A stretch of DNA of 64,000 nucleotides from assembly GCF_054482595.1 (NCBI RefSeq), contig NZ_CM137008.1, one strand, 5' to 3'. A program made the translations under genes and the position numbers. Positions 1 to 15,090 of the stretch are shown in pieces (position 1 is the first letter of the stretch; the number at the start of each line of letters is the position of its first letter). The notes under the pieces are model-generated. The model searched no databases, was not told the origin of the DNA, and worked only from the letters and a program-made list of their open reading frames with translations.

Positions 1-538
<538 letters not shown>

Positions 539-622
539 TCACTTCCTGCTGAATTGATTCAGGTCAGGCCAAATGGCGGTATTTTATACACAAAATGCGG
601 GTCTGGCTCTCTTTTATACTGA

Positions 623-1525
623 TTATGAAAGCATAGACCGTTTACCCTCCCTGGGTACGACGGAACAGGGGTCCTGATGGATAATTACATCCGATCCCGG
701 AAAACGCCGTAAAATAGCCTGCTCTACCTGATCCGCCACCATATGTGCCTGAACCAAAGGCAGAGAGTCTTCCATTTCCAAATGAATCTGAATAAAGCGG
801 GTCGGCCCTGACTGCCGCGTGCGAAGATCGTGAGCGCCGCTAACACCCGGCCAGGAAGTCACGATATCAATAATTTCTTGCCGTTCCTCATCAGGCAATG
901 CGCGATCCAGTAATGACTGTACCGCCTCATATCCCATGCGTAACGCGCTATATAAAATATAGATGCCGATTCCCAATGCAAACAGAGCATCGGCGCGATG
1001 CCAGCCGTACCAGGACAACCCCAGCGCCAGCAGAATTGCGCCGTTCATCATAACATCAGACTGGTAATGTAGCATATCAGCCCGCACCGCCTGGCTTTGC
1101 GTCCGGCGCACCACCCAACGCTGAAACGAGACAAGGATAATCGTACAAATTAGCGCCACAATTGTCACGATAACCCCGACGCCTGGATCTGTCATCGGTG
1201 TTGGAGATATCAGATGTTGAATACCCGTCAAAAACAGGAATAGTGCCGAACCGGAGATAAACATACTTTGCGCCAGCGCCGCGAGGGACTCTGCTTTACC
1301 GTGACCAAACGAGTGATTATCGTCGGCAGGTTGCAGGGAATATCGCACCACCAGTAAATTCGTCAACGACGCGCCGATATCCACCAGCGAATCCACCAGC
1401 GCGGCGAGAATACTCACCGACCCGGTATACCACCATGCAAAAATTTTAATCAGCAATAGCAACGAAGCCATCGCCGTCGCAGCAATCGCCGCCCGACTGA
1501 CCAGCCGTCCATAAGATTGATTCAT
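623..1525 (-). CDS. fieF: Cation-diffusion-facilitator Fe/Zn efflux transporter
   Basis: ORF 623..1543; internal Met giving 300 aa ([13 protein letters not shown]...) matches FieF/YiiP; multi-TM CDF signature. Confidence 0.9.
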
Positions 1526-1606
1526 AAATACTCCCGCTATCAACTGACGCTAGTATAACGGAAGCAAATCATCTGCAATGCATTAAGCAGCAGGCAAATT
1601 GAGGAT

Positions 1607-1665
1607 AAAAAAAACCCCCACATCATGTGGGGGAAGACAGGGATGGTGTCTATGGCAAGGAAAAC
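1607..1665 (-). ncRNA. cpxQ: cpxP 3'UTR with rho-independent terminator (hairpin 1615..1633 plus U-run on minus strand); position of the 3'UTR-derived sRNA CpxQ
   Basis: Immediately downstream of cpxP stop (TAG at 1676..1674): CCCCCACAT-C-ATGTGGGGG followed by T8 on the minus strand. CpxQ is known to be processed from the cpxP 3' end; exact 5' end not determinable from sequence. Confidence 0.5.
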
Positions 1666-1673
1666 AGGGTTTA

Positions 1674-2174
1674 CTACTGGGAACGTGAGTTGCTACTACT
1701 CAATAGCTTCAACGATGAACTTTTTTGCCATTGCGTCACGTCACGCAACTGCTCCATTCGTTGTTGATGTTTCTCGTTTAAAACCGCTTGCTGCTCCGGC
1801 GTTAACAGGCGATACATTTGGTTGCGGACTTTTGCCATCTCAACCTGACGAGCAATTTGCTCATTCGCCATTTTTTCTGCCTGTGCGCGCACAGCGTTTT
1901 CATCAAAATTTTCTGCGGTGACAAGGCGATGCATTGTCTCCAGTTCGCTAACATTAACAGGAGGCTGTTCGTGCCGGGCCTGTTGCATAAGATCTCGCAT
2001 CTGCTGACGCTGATGTTCGGTTAAACTTATGCCGTCGAACATATGGCTCTGCGTACTGCGCTGCGTAAGTTCTTCACCCGGATGCCAGTTATCGCCTGAA
2101 CCGACTTCAGCAGCGTGGCTTAATGAACTGACTGCCAGCGTTGAGGCCATGACGGCAGCGGTAACTATGCGCAT
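1674..2174 (-). CDS. cpxP: Periplasmic Cpx-pathway inhibitor/chaperone CpxP
   Basis: 166-aa product [15 protein letters not shown]... with signal peptide and LTXXQ-type motifs; divergent from cpxRA. Confidence 0.92.
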
Positions 2175-2252
2175 CATTTGCTCCCAAAATCTTTCTGTCG
2201 CGATTCAACGATAGAGAGTTTACGATTCAGGCTGCAAACATGCGTCAGGGGG

Positions 2253-2267
2253 TGTAAAACAACGTAA
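2253..2267. promoter_or_regulatory. CpxR~P binding box GTAAA-N5-GTAAA in cpxP/cpxRA divergent promoter region
   Basis: Exact GTAAAacaacGTAAA between cpxP start (2174) and cpxR start (2324); matches published CpxR consensus. Confidence 0.7.
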
Positions 2268-2323
2268 AGTCATGGATTAGCGACGTCTGATGACGTAATT
2301 TCTGCCTCGGAGGTATTTAAACA

Positions 2324-3022
2324 ATGAATAAAATCCTGTTAGTTGATGATGACCGAGAGCTGACTTCCCTATTAAAGGAGCTGCTCGAGATGGAAGGCTT
2401 CAACGTGATTGTTGCCCACGATGGGGAACAGGCGCTTGATCTTCTGGACGACAGCATTGATTTACTTTTGCTTGACGTAATGATGCCGAAGAAAAATGGT
2501 ATCGACACATTAAAAGCACTTCGCCAGACACACCAGACGCCTGTCATTATGTTGACGGCGCGCGGCAGTGAACTTGATCGCGTTCTCGGCCTTGAGCTGG
2601 GCGCAGATGACTATCTCCCGAAACCGTTTAATGATCGTGAGCTGGTGGCACGTATTCGCGCGATCCTGCGCCGTTCGCACTGGAGCGAGCAACAGCAAAA
2701 CAACGACAACGGTTCACCGACACTGGAAGTTGATGCCTTAGTGCTGAATCCAGGCCGTCAGGAAGCCAGCTTCGACGGACAAACGCTGGAGTTAACCGGC
2801 ACTGAGTTTACCCTGCTCTATTTGCTGGCACAGCATCTGGGTCAGGTGGTTTCCCGTGAACATTTAAGCCAGGAAGTGCTGGGCAAACGCCTGACGCCTT
2901 TCGACCGCGCTATCGATATGCACATTTCCAACCTGCGTCGTAAACTGCCGGATCGTAAAGATGGTCACCCGTGGTTTAAAACCTTGCGTGGTCGCGGCTA
3001 TCTGATGGTTTCTGCTTCATGA
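2324..3022 (+). CDS. cpxR: Envelope-stress response regulator (OmpR family)
   Basis: 232 aa, MNKILLVDDDRELTSLL...; receiver domain plus winged-helix; 4-bp overlap with cpxA. Confidence 0.95.
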   Translation: MNKILLVDDDRELTSLLKELLEMEGFNVIVAHDGEQALDLLDDSIDLLLLDVMMPKKNGIDTLKALRQTHQTPVIMLTARGSELDRVLGLELGADDYLPKPFNDRELVARIRAILRRSHWSEQQQNNDNGSPTLEVDALVLNPGRQEASFDGQTLELTGTEFTLLYLLAQHLGQVVSREHLSQEVLGKRLTPFDRAIDMHISNLRRKLPDRKDGHPWFKTLRGRGYLMVSAS

Positions 3023-4392
3023 TAGGCAGCTTAACCGCGCGCATCTTCGCCATCTTCTGGCTGACGCTGGCGCTGGTGTTGATGTTGGTTTTGATGTTAC
3101 CCAAGCTCGATTCACGCCAGATGACCGAGCTTCTGGATAGCGAACAGCGTCAGGGGCTGATGATTGAGCAGCATGTCGAAGCGGAGCTGGCGAACGATCC
3201 GCCCAACGATTTAATGTGGTGGCGGCGTCTGTTCCGGGCGATTGATAAGTGGGCACCGCCAGGACAGCGTTTGTTATTGGTGACCACCGAAGGCCGCGTG
3301 ATCGGCGCTGAACGCAGCGAAATGCAGATCATTCGTAACTTTATTGGTCAGGCCGATAACGCCGATCATCCGCAGAAGAAAAAGTATGGCCGCGTGGAAC
3401 TGGTCGGTCCGTTCTCCGTACGTGATGGCGAAGATAATTACCAACTTTATCTGATTCGTCCGGCCAGCAGTTCTCAATCCGATTTCATTAACTTACTGTT
3501 TGACCGCCCGTTATTACTGCTGATTGTCACCATGTTGGTCAGTACGCCGCTGCTGTTGTGGTTGGCCTGGAGTCTGGCAAAACCGGCGCGTAAGCTGAAA
3601 AACGCTGCCGATGAAGTTGCCCAGGGAAACTTACGCCAGCACCCGGAACTGGAAGCGGGGCCACAGGAATTCCTTGCCGCAGGTGCCAGTTTTAACCAGA
3701 TGGTCACCGCGCTGGAGCGCATGATGACCTCTCAGCAGCGTCTGCTTTCTGATATCTCTCACGAGCTGCGCACCCCGCTGACGCGTCTGCAACTGGGTAC
3801 GGCGTTACTGCGCCGTCGTAGTGGTGAGAGCAAGGAACTGGAGCGTATTGAAACCGAAGCGCAACGTCTGGACAGCATGATTAACGACCTGTTGGTGATG
3901 TCACGTAATCAGCAAAAAAACGCGCTGGTTAGCGAGACCATCAAAGCCAATCAGTTGTGGAGTGAAGTGCTGGATAACGCGGCGTTCGAAGCCGAGCAAA
4001 TGGGCAAGTCGTTGACAGTTAACTTCCCGCCTGGGCCGTGGCCGCTGTACGGCAATCCGAACGCCCTGGAAAGTGCGCTGGAAAACATTGTTCGTAATGC
4101 TCTGCGTTATTCCCATACGAAGATTGAAGTGGGCTTTGCGGTAGATAAAGACGGTATCACCATTACGGTGGACGACGATGGTCCTGGCGTTAGCCCGGAA
4201 GATCGCGAACAGATTTTCCGTCCGTTCTATCGGACCGATGAAGCACGCGATCGTGAATCTGGCGGTACAGGTTTGGGGCTGGCGATTGTTGAAACCGCCA
4301 TTCAGCAGCATCGTGGCTGGGTGAAAGCAGAAGACAGCCCGCTGGGCGGTTTACGGCTGGTGATTTGGTTGCCGCTGTATAAGCGGAGTTAA
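3019..4392 (+). CDS. cpxA: Envelope-stress sensor histidine kinase
   Basis: 457 aa; two TM segments, HAMP, H-box (SHELRTPLTRL), ATPase G-boxes. Confidence 0.95.
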   Translation: MIGSLTARIFAIFWLTLALVLMLVLMLPKLDSRQMTELLDSEQRQGLMIEQHVEAELANDPPNDLMWWRRLFRAIDKWAPPGQRLLLVTTEGRVIGAERSEMQIIRNFIGQADNADHPQKKKYGRVELVGPFSVRDGEDNYQLYLIRPASSSQSDFINLLFDRPLLLLIVTMLVSTPLLLWLAWSLAKPARKLKNAADEVAQGNLRQHPELEAGPQEFLAAGASFNQMVTALERMMTSQQRLLSDISHELRTPLTRLQLGTALLRRRSGESKELERIETEAQRLDSMINDLLVMSRNQQKNALVSETIKANQLWSEVLDNAAFEAEQMGKSLTVNFPPGPWPLYGNPNALESALENIVRNALRYSHTKIEVGFAVDKDGITITVDDDGPGVSPEDREQIFRPFYRTDEARDRESGGTGLGLAIVETAIQQHRGWVKAEDSPLGGLRLVIWLPLYKRS

Positions 4393-4402
4393 ACTCCGCA
4401 TT

Positions 4403-4488
4403 TGTAGGCAGGATAAGGCGTTTACGCCGCATCCGGCATTTGAGCAGGATGCCTGATGCGACGCTGATAGCGTCTTATCAGGCCTACA
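4403..4488. repeat. REP/BIME element pair
   Basis: Convergent GCCGGATGCGGCGTAAACGCCTTATCC / GCCTGATAAGACG...CATCAGGC palindromic units between cpxA and yiiM. Confidence 0.8.
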
Positions 4489-4497
4489 CTCCGAGGG

Positions 4498-5172
4498 TTA
4501 TTTTCCCCACAACCGGCGGGAAAAATCTTCGATCTTGCCGCTCAGTCGGCGCTTTTGCATCGTCCGCGTCCAGCTTTTCGATAACCCGGCGGCGGAGAGT
4601 AAACGGTGATACTGATCGTCATCAAACGGCATATGCCATGCGATGGCGGCAGCCTCCTGCACGGTCACATCGCTGACACGGGAAACCAACTCCAGCGGTG
4701 CGTCCGCAGACACTTTCCCTGGCGCTATCACGCTATACAACCATCCCACTTTACCCGTGTTTTGCATCAACTGCGCTATATCGCTGATATCAAAATGGTA
4801 ATTGAGTTTATAGCAAGGCGAGCGCGGCTGGCTGACCTGAATTAATGCCTCTCCCCAGCGGAAAATATCGCCCATATAAACATTACTTTCCGTCAGACCG
4901 TCGGTTGAGAGATTTTCACCAAACGCAGGCGCAACAAACAACTCCGCCTGTTCCGGAAATTCCCGCGCCCAGTAGAGATAGTGCTCACGAGGATAATGAC
5001 ACAGCGCTCTGTCTGGCCCGCCGTGAACCTTTTTCTCCGCCTGCTCGTCACCTTCCAGCCCCAGCTCCGTCAGCATCAACTCACCATCAACCTGGATTTT
5101 GGCAATTGCGCTGGGTTTGCCTTCGGGATAAGCCTGAATCTTGCCTGTGTATACATCAACCGGATATCGCAT
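4498..5172 (-). CDS. yiiM: MOSC-domain protein (6-N-hydroxylaminopurine resistance)
   Basis: ORF 4498..5202; internal Met (MRYPVDVYTGKIQ...) gives the 224-aa YiiM length. Confidence 0.85.
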   Translation of the reverse strand: MRYPVDVYTGKIQAYPEGKPSAIAKIQVDGELMLTELGLEGDEQAEKKVHGGPDRALCHYPREHYLYWAREFPEQAELFVAPAFGENLSTDGLTESNVYMGDIFRWGEALIQVSQPRSPCYKLNYHFDISDIAQLMQNTGKVGWLYSVIAPGKVSADAPLELVSRVSDVTVQEAAAIAWHMPFDDDQYHRLLSAAGLSKSWTRTMQKRRLSGKIEDFSRRLWGK

Positions 5173-5320
5173 CTGTTCCCTCTCCACGAGAAATTTCCCC
5201 ATTAGACCATATTTATTTTATGTCAGGCGTGCTGTTTTCGCGGTAAGTATCCAGGCAGGAACTCAATAGCAAACCGGACGAACGTTAGTTCATCCGGCGG
5301 TGGGGATTAAGGAAGCAGGT

Positions 5321-6304
5321 TTATTTCACCGTACCTAAAATTTCGATTTTCGCCGCTCTGGCTTTGACTTTACGTGACCAGATAGAGGTAAGAATTGGCA
5401 CCAGAATCGAAGTCACAATGACTGCCGTCGCTACCAGCGAAGTTGCTGCCGGAGCCATCGGTTTAAACGCAGGCACCATTTCTGCAATCAGCACAGGTGT
5501 CGCTACCGCGGCCCCTGCGGAACTGGAAGCGGCAATTCCGGCAGTGCCATCGCCACCGCCAATCAATTTATCGGCGATAATCAACGGAATACCGGTCACG
5601 ATAATTACTGCCACACCCAACAGGATCCCCAGCAAACCTGTCTGGGCAATTACAGTCAAATCAATGGTATTGCCCAGTGCGAAGGCAAAGAATGGAATCA
5701 GCGTCTGCACCGCTTTGCTGAAAAATTCTCGTAATTCAGGGTCAAGGTTCCCCAGGGCAAAGCCCACCAGGAACGGTAATACTGCGCCGACGAAAACATG
5801 CGGTTCAAACGAGGCAATCCCGGCAGTGCCCAGAATAATCATCGTCATGAGCGGCCCGGACTCCAACGACATCAACACAAATGCCCCAGCTTCTTCTTTT
5901 GTGCCGTACTGCTGCATGATGGAAGCGTAAAGTCCGCCGTTGGTCATATCCATCGCCGCCACCAGCGCCAGCGTTGAAAGTCCGGCAAAGAATCCAACTT
6001 CAACACCATGTTCCGGAATAATGCGCGAGGCAATTGCCGCAACCACCCACGCGACGGCAATTTTAGTTACCACCAGCGTACCGGATTTACGCAGTACCGT
6101 TCCCGTCGCGCTTAATTTTATTGACGCCCCCATGCAAAAAAACCACACCGCCAGAATGGGCACCGTACCGGTAATCATCCCGTTGGTGAATGATCCAAAA
6201 TATTTCCCCGCCCCCGGCGAGAAGGTGTGGCACAGTGCGCCAAGGAATAGCGGGACGAGCATCATCCCCCCCGGGATTTTCTCAATCGAGCGTTTTATCT
6301 GCAT
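5321..6304 (-). CDS. kdgT: 2-keto-3-deoxygluconate permease
   Basis: 327 aa from [20 protein letters not shown]...; polytopic membrane protein. Confidence 0.9.
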
Positions 6305-6426
6305 TTCCATCACCTGTCGGCATATTTTTAAGGGCTGATGCGTAATTCCTCAATGGAGCATCAGTGTTGATGGAAACGAAGATAGACATTCATTTAATCA
6401 ATAAAAGTGATCAAAACCACATCAAT

Positions 6427-6441
6427 TGAAACGCTGTTTTA
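6427..6441. promoter_or_regulatory. Candidate KdgR-type operator (near-palindrome TGAAACgctGTTTTA) upstream of kdgT
   Basis: Imperfect inverted repeat about 125 bp upstream of kdgT start in an AT-rich promoter region; assignment by analogy only. Confidence 0.3.
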
Positions 6442-6563
6442 TTTTTATCGGATCATTGTTTTTATTTTGAAATTGATCACAAAAAAACCACCGCCATTGG
6501 CGATGGTTCATTTTTTAAGCTGATATGCGGCGTAAACGCCTCATTGCAGCAGACGGCAAATGA

Positions 6564-7184
6564 TTATTTTTTCGCCGCGAAACGTGCCGCTGCTTCGTCC
6601 CAGTTCACCACGTTCCAGAACTCTTTGATGTAGTCCGGACGGCGGTTCTGGAATTTCAGGTAGTAAGCATGTTCCCACACATCCAGGCCCAGAATCGGGA
6701 AGCCGGAAGCGCCAGAAATAGCTTCACCCATCAGCGGGGAGTCCTGGTTAGCAGTAGAAACCACCGCCAGTTTATCGCCTTTCAGCACCAGCCATGCCCA
6801 GCCGGAACCAAAGCGGGAAGCTGCCGCTTTTTCAAATTCTGCTTTGAAGTTATCAACGGAGCCGAAGTCACGTTCGATAGCCGCTTTCAGGTCACCCTGC
6901 AGGGTGGTGCCTTTTTTCAGACCTTTCCAGAACAGGCTGTGGTTAGCGTGACCGCCAGCGTTGTTGCGCAGTACGGTTTTCTTGTCTGCTGGCAGCTGGT
7001 CCAGTTTGGTGATCAGCTCTTCAACCGGCAGGTTGGCAAATTCTGGCAGGCTTTCCAGCGCCGCGTTGGCGTTGTTTACGTAGGTCTGATGGTGTTTGGT
7101 GTGGTGGATTTCCATGGTCTGCTTATCGAAGTGCGGTTCCAGGGCATCGTAAGCATACGGCAGGGATGGCAGGGTATAGCTCAT
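6564..7184 (-). CDS. sodA: Manganese superoxide dismutase
   Basis: 206 aa, [36 protein letters not shown]...; Mn/Fe SOD metal ligands present. Confidence 0.95.
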   Translation of the reverse strand: MSYTLPSLPYAYDALEPHFDKQTMEIHHTKHHQTYVNNANAALESLPEFANLPVEELITKLDQLPADKKTVLRNNAGGHANHSLFWKGLKKGTTLQGDLKAAIERDFGSVDNFKAEFEKAAASRFGSGWAWLVLKGDKLAVVSTANQDSPLMGEAISGASGFPILGLDVWEHAYYLKFQNRRPDYIKEFWNVVNWDEAAARFAAKK

Positions 7185-7258
7185 ATTCATCTCCAGTATT
7201 GTCGGGCGGCCGATTGTTAATGCCGCGTAAGCAGTTGGTTCATTATAGTTAATTAAAT

Positions 7259-7277
7259 GATATTGAAAATGATTATC
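7259..7277. promoter_or_regulatory. Fur-box-like site in sodA promoter
   Basis: Minus-strand GATAATCATTTTCAATATC resembles Fur consensus GATAATGATAATCATTATC; sodA is a known Fur target. Confidence 0.5.
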
Positions 7278-7468
7278 AATGCCGTACTTTTCGTAAGGGT
7301 ATGGTTTTGCAGGAAAATGCCCGAGATGTGAAGCAAATCACCCACTTAATGCCGTGATTGCCAGTAAATCGACAACGGCGGCAACAGGCGAAAGGTTAAT
7401 CGACAGCACGATTTTTACACTCATCTCGTCGGAGATGTGAAGCGACGAAAAATGATGAGGATAAGAAG

Positions 7469-8503
7469 ATGAGTAACGCGATTACGATGGGGATATTTTG
7501 GCATTTGATCGGCGCGGCCAGTGCAGCCTGTTTTTACGCTCCGTTCAAAAAAGTAAAAAAATGGTCATGGGAAACCATGTGGTCAGTCGGTGGGATTGTT
7601 TCGTGGATTATTCTGCCGTGGGCCATCAGCGCCCTGTTACTACCGAATTTCTGGGCGTATTACAGCTCGTTTAGTCTCTCTACGCTGCTGCCTGTTTTTC
7701 TGTTCGGCGCTATGTGGGGGATCGGTAATATCAACTACGGCCTGACCATGCGTTATCTCGGCATGTCGATGGGAATTGGCATCGCCATTGGCATTACGTT
7801 GATTGTCGGTACGCTGATGACGCCAATTATCAACGGCAATTTCGATGTGCTGATTAACACCGAAGGCGGACGCATGACGTTGCTCGGCGTTCTGGTGGCG
7901 CTGATTGGCGTAGGGATTGTAACTCGAGCCGGGCAGTTGAAAGAGCGCAAGATGGGCATTAAAGCCGAAGAGTTCAATCTGAAAAAAGGGCTGGTGCTGG
8001 CGGTGATGTGCGGCATTTTCTCTGCCGGGATGTCCTTTGCGATGAACGCCGCAAAACCGATGCATGAAGCCGCTGCCGCACTTGGCGTCGATCCACTGTA
8101 TGTCGCTCTGCCAAGCTATGTTGTCATCATGGGCGGCGGCGCGATCATTAACCTCGGTTTCTGTTTTATTCGTCTGGCAAAAGTGAAGGATTTGTCGCTA
8201 AAAGCCGACTTCTCGCTGGCAAAACCGCTGATCATTCACAATGTGTTACTCTCGGCACTGGGCGGGTTGATGTGGTATCTGCAATTCTTTTTCTATGCCT
8301 GGGGCCACGCCCGCATTCCGGCGCAATATGACTACATCAGTTGGATGCTGCATATGAGCTTCTATGTATTGTGCGGCGGTATCGTCGGGCTGGTGCTGAA
8401 AGAGTGGAACAATGCAGGACGCCGTCCGGTAACGGTGTTGAGCCTCGGTTGTGTGGTGATTATTGTCGCCGCTAACATCGTCGGCATCGGCATGGCGAAT
8501 TAA
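7469..8503 (+). CDS. rhaT: L-rhamnose:H+ symporter
   Basis: 344 aa, [35 protein letters not shown]...; 10-TM DMT-type. Confidence 0.95.
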
Positions 8504-9348
8504 TCTTTCTGCGAATTGAGATGACGCCACTGGCTGGGCGTCATCCCGGTTTCCCGGGTAAACACCACCGAAAAATAGTTACTATCTTCAAAGCCACATT
8601 CGGTCGAAATATCACTGATTAACAGGCGGCTATGCTGGAGAAGATATTGCGCATGACACACTCTGACCTGCCGCAGATATTGATTGATGGTCATTCCAGT
8701 CTGCTGGCGAAATTGCTGACGCAAAACGCGCTCACTGCACGATGCCTCATCACAAAATTTATCCAGCGCAAAGGGACTTTTCAGGCTGGCCGCCAGCCGG
8801 GTAATCAGCTTATCCAGCAACGTTTCGCTGGATGTTGGCGGCAACGAATCACTGGTGTAACGATGGCGATTCAGCAACATCACCAACTGCCCGAACAGCA
8901 ACTCTGCCATTTCGTTAGCAAACGGCACATGCTGACTACTTTCATGCTCAAGCTGACCGATAACCTGCCGCGCCTGTGCCATCCCCATGCTACCTAAGCG
9001 CCAGTGTGGTTGCCCTGCGCTGGCGCTAAATCCCGGAATCGCCCCCTGCCAGTCAAGATTCAGCTTCAGCCGCTCCGGGCAATAAATAATATTCTGCAAA
9101 ACCAGATCGTTAACGGAAGCGTAGGAGTGTTTATCGTCAGCATGAATGTAAAAGAGATCGCCACGGGTAATGCGATAAGGGCGATCGTTGAGTACATGCA
9201 GACCATTACCGCGCCAGACAATCACCAGCTCACAAAAATCATGTGTATGTTCAGCAAAGACATCTTGCGGATAACGGTCAGCCACAGCGACTGCCTGCTG
9301 GTCGCTGGCAAAAAAATCATCTTTGAGAAGTTTTAACTGATGCGCCAC
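8500..9348 (-). CDS. rhaR: AraC-family activator of rhaSR (GTG start)
   Basis: ORF track starts at an upstream ATG (319 aa), but the product aligns to RhaR from (M)[12 protein letters not shown], initiated at GTG (plus-strand CAC 9346..9348), giving 282 aa. Confidence 0.85.
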
Positions 9349-9421
9349 CGTGGCTACCTCGGCCAGAGAACGAAGTTGATTATTCGCAATATGGCGTACA
9401 AATACGTTGAGAAGATTCGCG

Positions 9422-10258
9422 TTATTGCAGAAAACCATCCCGTCCCTGACGAATATCACGCGGTGACCAGTTAAACTCTCGGCGAAAAAGCGTCGAAAAG
9501 TGGTTACTGTCGCTGAATCCGCAGCGATAGGCGATGTCAGTAACGCTGGCCTCGCTGTGGCGTAGCAGATGTCGGGCTTTCATCAGTCGCAGGCGGTTCA
9601 GGTAACGCTGAGGCGTCAGTCCCGTTTGCTGCTTAAGCTGCCGATGTAGCGTACGCAGCGAAAGAGAAAATTGATCCGCCACGGCATCCCAATTCACCTC
9701 ATCGGCAAAATGGTCCTCCAGCCAGGCCAGAAGCAAGTTGAGACTTGATGCGCTGTTTTCCAGGTTCTCCTGCAAACTGCTTTTACGCAGCAAGAGCAAT
9801 AATTGCATAAACAAGATCTCGCGACTGGCGGTCGAGGGTAAATCATTTTCCCCTTCCTGCTGTTCCATCTGTGCAACCAGCTGTCGCACCTGCTGCAATA
9901 CGCTGTGGTTAACGCGCCAGTGAGACGGATACTGCCCATCCAGCTCTTGTGGCAGCAACTGATTCAGCCCGGCGAGAAACTGAAATCGATCCGGCGATCG
10001 ATACAGCACATTGGTCAGACACAGATTATCGGTATGTTCATACAGATGCCGATCATGATCGCGTACGAAACAGACCGTGCCACCGGTGATGGTATAGGGC
10101 TGCCCATTAAACACATGAATACCCGTGCCATGTTCGACAATCACAATTTCATGAAAATCATGATGATGTTCAGGAAAATCCGCCTGCGGGAGCCGGGGTT
10201 CTATCGCCACGGACGCGTTACCAGACGGAAAAAAATCCACACTATGTAATACGGTCAT
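9422..10258 (-). CDS. rhaS: AraC-family activator of rhaBAD and rhaT
   Basis: 278 aa from [22 protein letters not shown]...; C-terminal dual HTH; upstream ATG in track not used. Confidence 0.9.
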   Translation of the reverse strand: MTVLHSVDFFPSGNASVAIEPRLPQADFPEHHHDFHEIVIVEHGTGIHVFNGQPYTITGGTVCFVRDHDRHLYEHTDNLCLTNVLYRSPDRFQFLAGLNQLLPQELDGQYPSHWRVNHSVLQQVRQLVAQMEQQEGENDLPSTASREILFMQLLLLLRKSSLQENLENSASSLNLLLAWLEDHFADEVNWDAVADQFSLSLRTLHRQLKQQTGLTPQRYLNRLRLMKARHLLRHSEASVTDIAYRCGFSDSNHFSTLFRREFNWSPRDIRQGRDGFLQ

Positions 10259-13271
<3,013 letters not shown>

Positions 13272-13276
13272 ACACT

Positions 13277-13600
13277 GCCGGATGCGGCGCGAGCGCCTTA
13301 TCCGGCCTACAGGTCGGCAACAGTTGTAGGCCTGATAAGACGCGACAGCGTCGCATCAGGCATTGATTGCCGGATACGGCACGAGTGCCTTATCCGGCCT
13401 ACAGGTCGGCAATAGTTGTAGGCCTGATAAGACGCGACAGCGTCGCATCAGGCATTGATTGCCGGATGCGGCACGAGCGCCTTATCCGGCCTACAGGTCG
13501 GCAATAGTTGTAGGCCTGATAAGACGCGACAGCGTCGCATCAGGCATTGATTGCCGGATGCGGCACGAGCGCCTTATCCGGCCTACGGGTCGTGCATCCG
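13277..13600. repeat. Tandem BIME array: about 3.5 copies of a 92-bp unit, each holding a convergent REP pair
   Basis: Unit starts (GCCGGAT(G/A)CGGC...) at 13277, 13369, 13461 and 13553; near-identical copies, few substitutions. Confidence 0.9.
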
Positions 13601-13629
13601 ACAACACCGAATTTACAGGAACACAGAAC

Positions 13630-14454
13630 ATGCAAAATATTACCCAGTCCTGGTTTGTCCAGGGAATGATCAAAGCCACCACCGACGCCTGGCTAAAAGG
13701 CTGGGACGAGCGCAACGGCGGCAACCTGACGCTGCGCCTGGATGACGCCGATATCGCGCTTTATCACGACAACTTCCACCCACAACCGCGCTATATTCCG
13801 CTCAGCCAGCCCATGCCTTTACTGGCAAATACGCCGTTTATTGTCACCGGCTCCGGCAAATTCTTCCGTAACGTCCAGCTTGATCCTGCAGCTAACTTAG
13901 GCGTCGTAAAAGTCGACAGCGACGGCGCGGGCTACCATATTCTCTGGGGGTTAACCAACGAAGCCGTTCCAACTTCTGAACTTCCGGCTCACTTTCTCTC
14001 CCACTGCGAGCGTATTAAAGCCACCAACGGTAAAGATCGGGTGATCATGCACTGCCATGCCACCAACCTGATCGCCCTCACCTATGTACTGGAAAACGAC
14101 ACCGCGGTCTTCACTCGCCAACTGTGGGAAGGCAGCACCGAGTGTCTGGTGGTATTCCCGGATGGCGTTGGCATTCTGCCGTGGATGGTGCCCGGCACGG
14201 ACGAAATCGGCCAGGCAACTGCCCACGAGATGCAAAAACATTCGCTGGTGTTGTGGCCCTTCCACGGTGTGTTCGGTTCCGGACCGACGCTGGATGAAAC
14301 ATTCGGTTTAATCGACACCGCAGAAAAATCAGCGGAAGTGTTAGTGAAGGTGTATTCGATGGGCGGCATGAAACAGACCATCAGCCGTGAAGAGTTGATA
14401 GCGCTCGGCAAGCGCTTCGGCGTTACACCACTAGCCAGTGCGCTGGCGCTGTAA
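13630..14454 (+). CDS. rhaD: Rhamnulose-1-phosphate aldolase
   Basis: 274 aa from [25 protein letters not shown]...; class II aldolase. The track ORF (from 13459) is an artefactual N-extension through the REP array. Confidence 0.95.
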   Translation: MQNITQSWFVQGMIKATTDAWLKGWDERNGGNLTLRLDDADIALYHDNFHPQPRYIPLSQPMPLLANTPFIVTGSGKFFRNVQLDPAANLGVVKVDSDGAGYHILWGLTNEAVPTSELPAHFLSHCERIKATNGKDRVIMHCHATNLIALTYVLENDTAVFTRQLWEGSTECLVVFPDGVGILPWMVPGTDEIGQATAHEMQKHSLVLWPFHGVFGSGPTLDETFGLIDTAEKSAEVLVKVYSMGGMKQTISREELIALGKRFGVTPLASALAL

Positions 14455-14463
14455 GGAGCAAAC

Positions 14464-14778
14464 ATGATCCGCAAAGCCTTTGTCATGCAGGTTAACCCCG
14501 ACGCTCACGAAGAGTATCAGCGTCGGCATAACCCCATCTGGCCGGAACTGGAAGCAGTGTTGAAATCTCACGGTGCGCATAACTACGCCATTTACCTCGA
14601 CAAAGCGCGTAATCTGCTGTTTGCCACGGTAGAGATTGAATCTGAAGAGCGCTGGAATGCGGTTGCCAGTACTGATGTTTGCCAACGTTGGTGGAAATAT
14701 ATGACCGACGTCATGCCCGCGAACCCGGATAACAGCCCGGTGAGTAGCGAACTGCAAGAAGTGTTTTACCTGCCGTAA
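14464..14778 (+). CDS. rhaM: L-rhamnose mutarotase
   Basis: 104 aa, [30 protein letters not shown]... Confidence 0.92.
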
Positions 14779-14787
14779 TTGCCTAAT

Positions 14788-14818
14788 GTGCCGGAGACGC
14801 CTCCGGCACAATATTTTT
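14788..14818 (+). terminator. Rho-independent terminator after rhaM
   Basis: Perfect 9-bp stem GTGCCGGAG-acgc-CTCCGGCAC followed by a T-rich tract. Confidence 0.75.
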
Positions 14819-15090
14819 AATTTCGATTTGAAAAATAAACATATTACACCTTCAGTTAATATATCCCGGTAACTTATATTTCCCCGATGCATTGTGAGTA
14901 AATCACAAAAATAATGAATAACTCATTAATGATTCATGTGGTTTATTTAAATAACCATTATGTGCATTACTCCGCAAATCTGACCTTTCACTCTGTCTCA
15001 AATTGTCATTGTTTACCGACATATCGCCTCTCATCACTTAATCGCTCCACCATTACAATTGATTAAAATATATTTCATGGAGTCCGATTA

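Noticed and set aside
1625-1921. 98-aa plus-strand ORF
   Set aside because: Overlaps cpxP antisense and its terminator; no RBS; explained by the cpxP gene and its 3'UTR.
13277-13600. Possible CRISPR array (regularly spaced direct repeats)
   Set aside because: Units are 92-bp near-identical copies containing REP palindromes with no unique spacers and no cas genes nearby; this is a BIME array.
13459-13629. N-terminal 57 codons of the 331-aa track ORF for rhaD
   Set aside because: These codons are translated REP repeats (open by chance); the RhaD sequence begins at ATG 13630.
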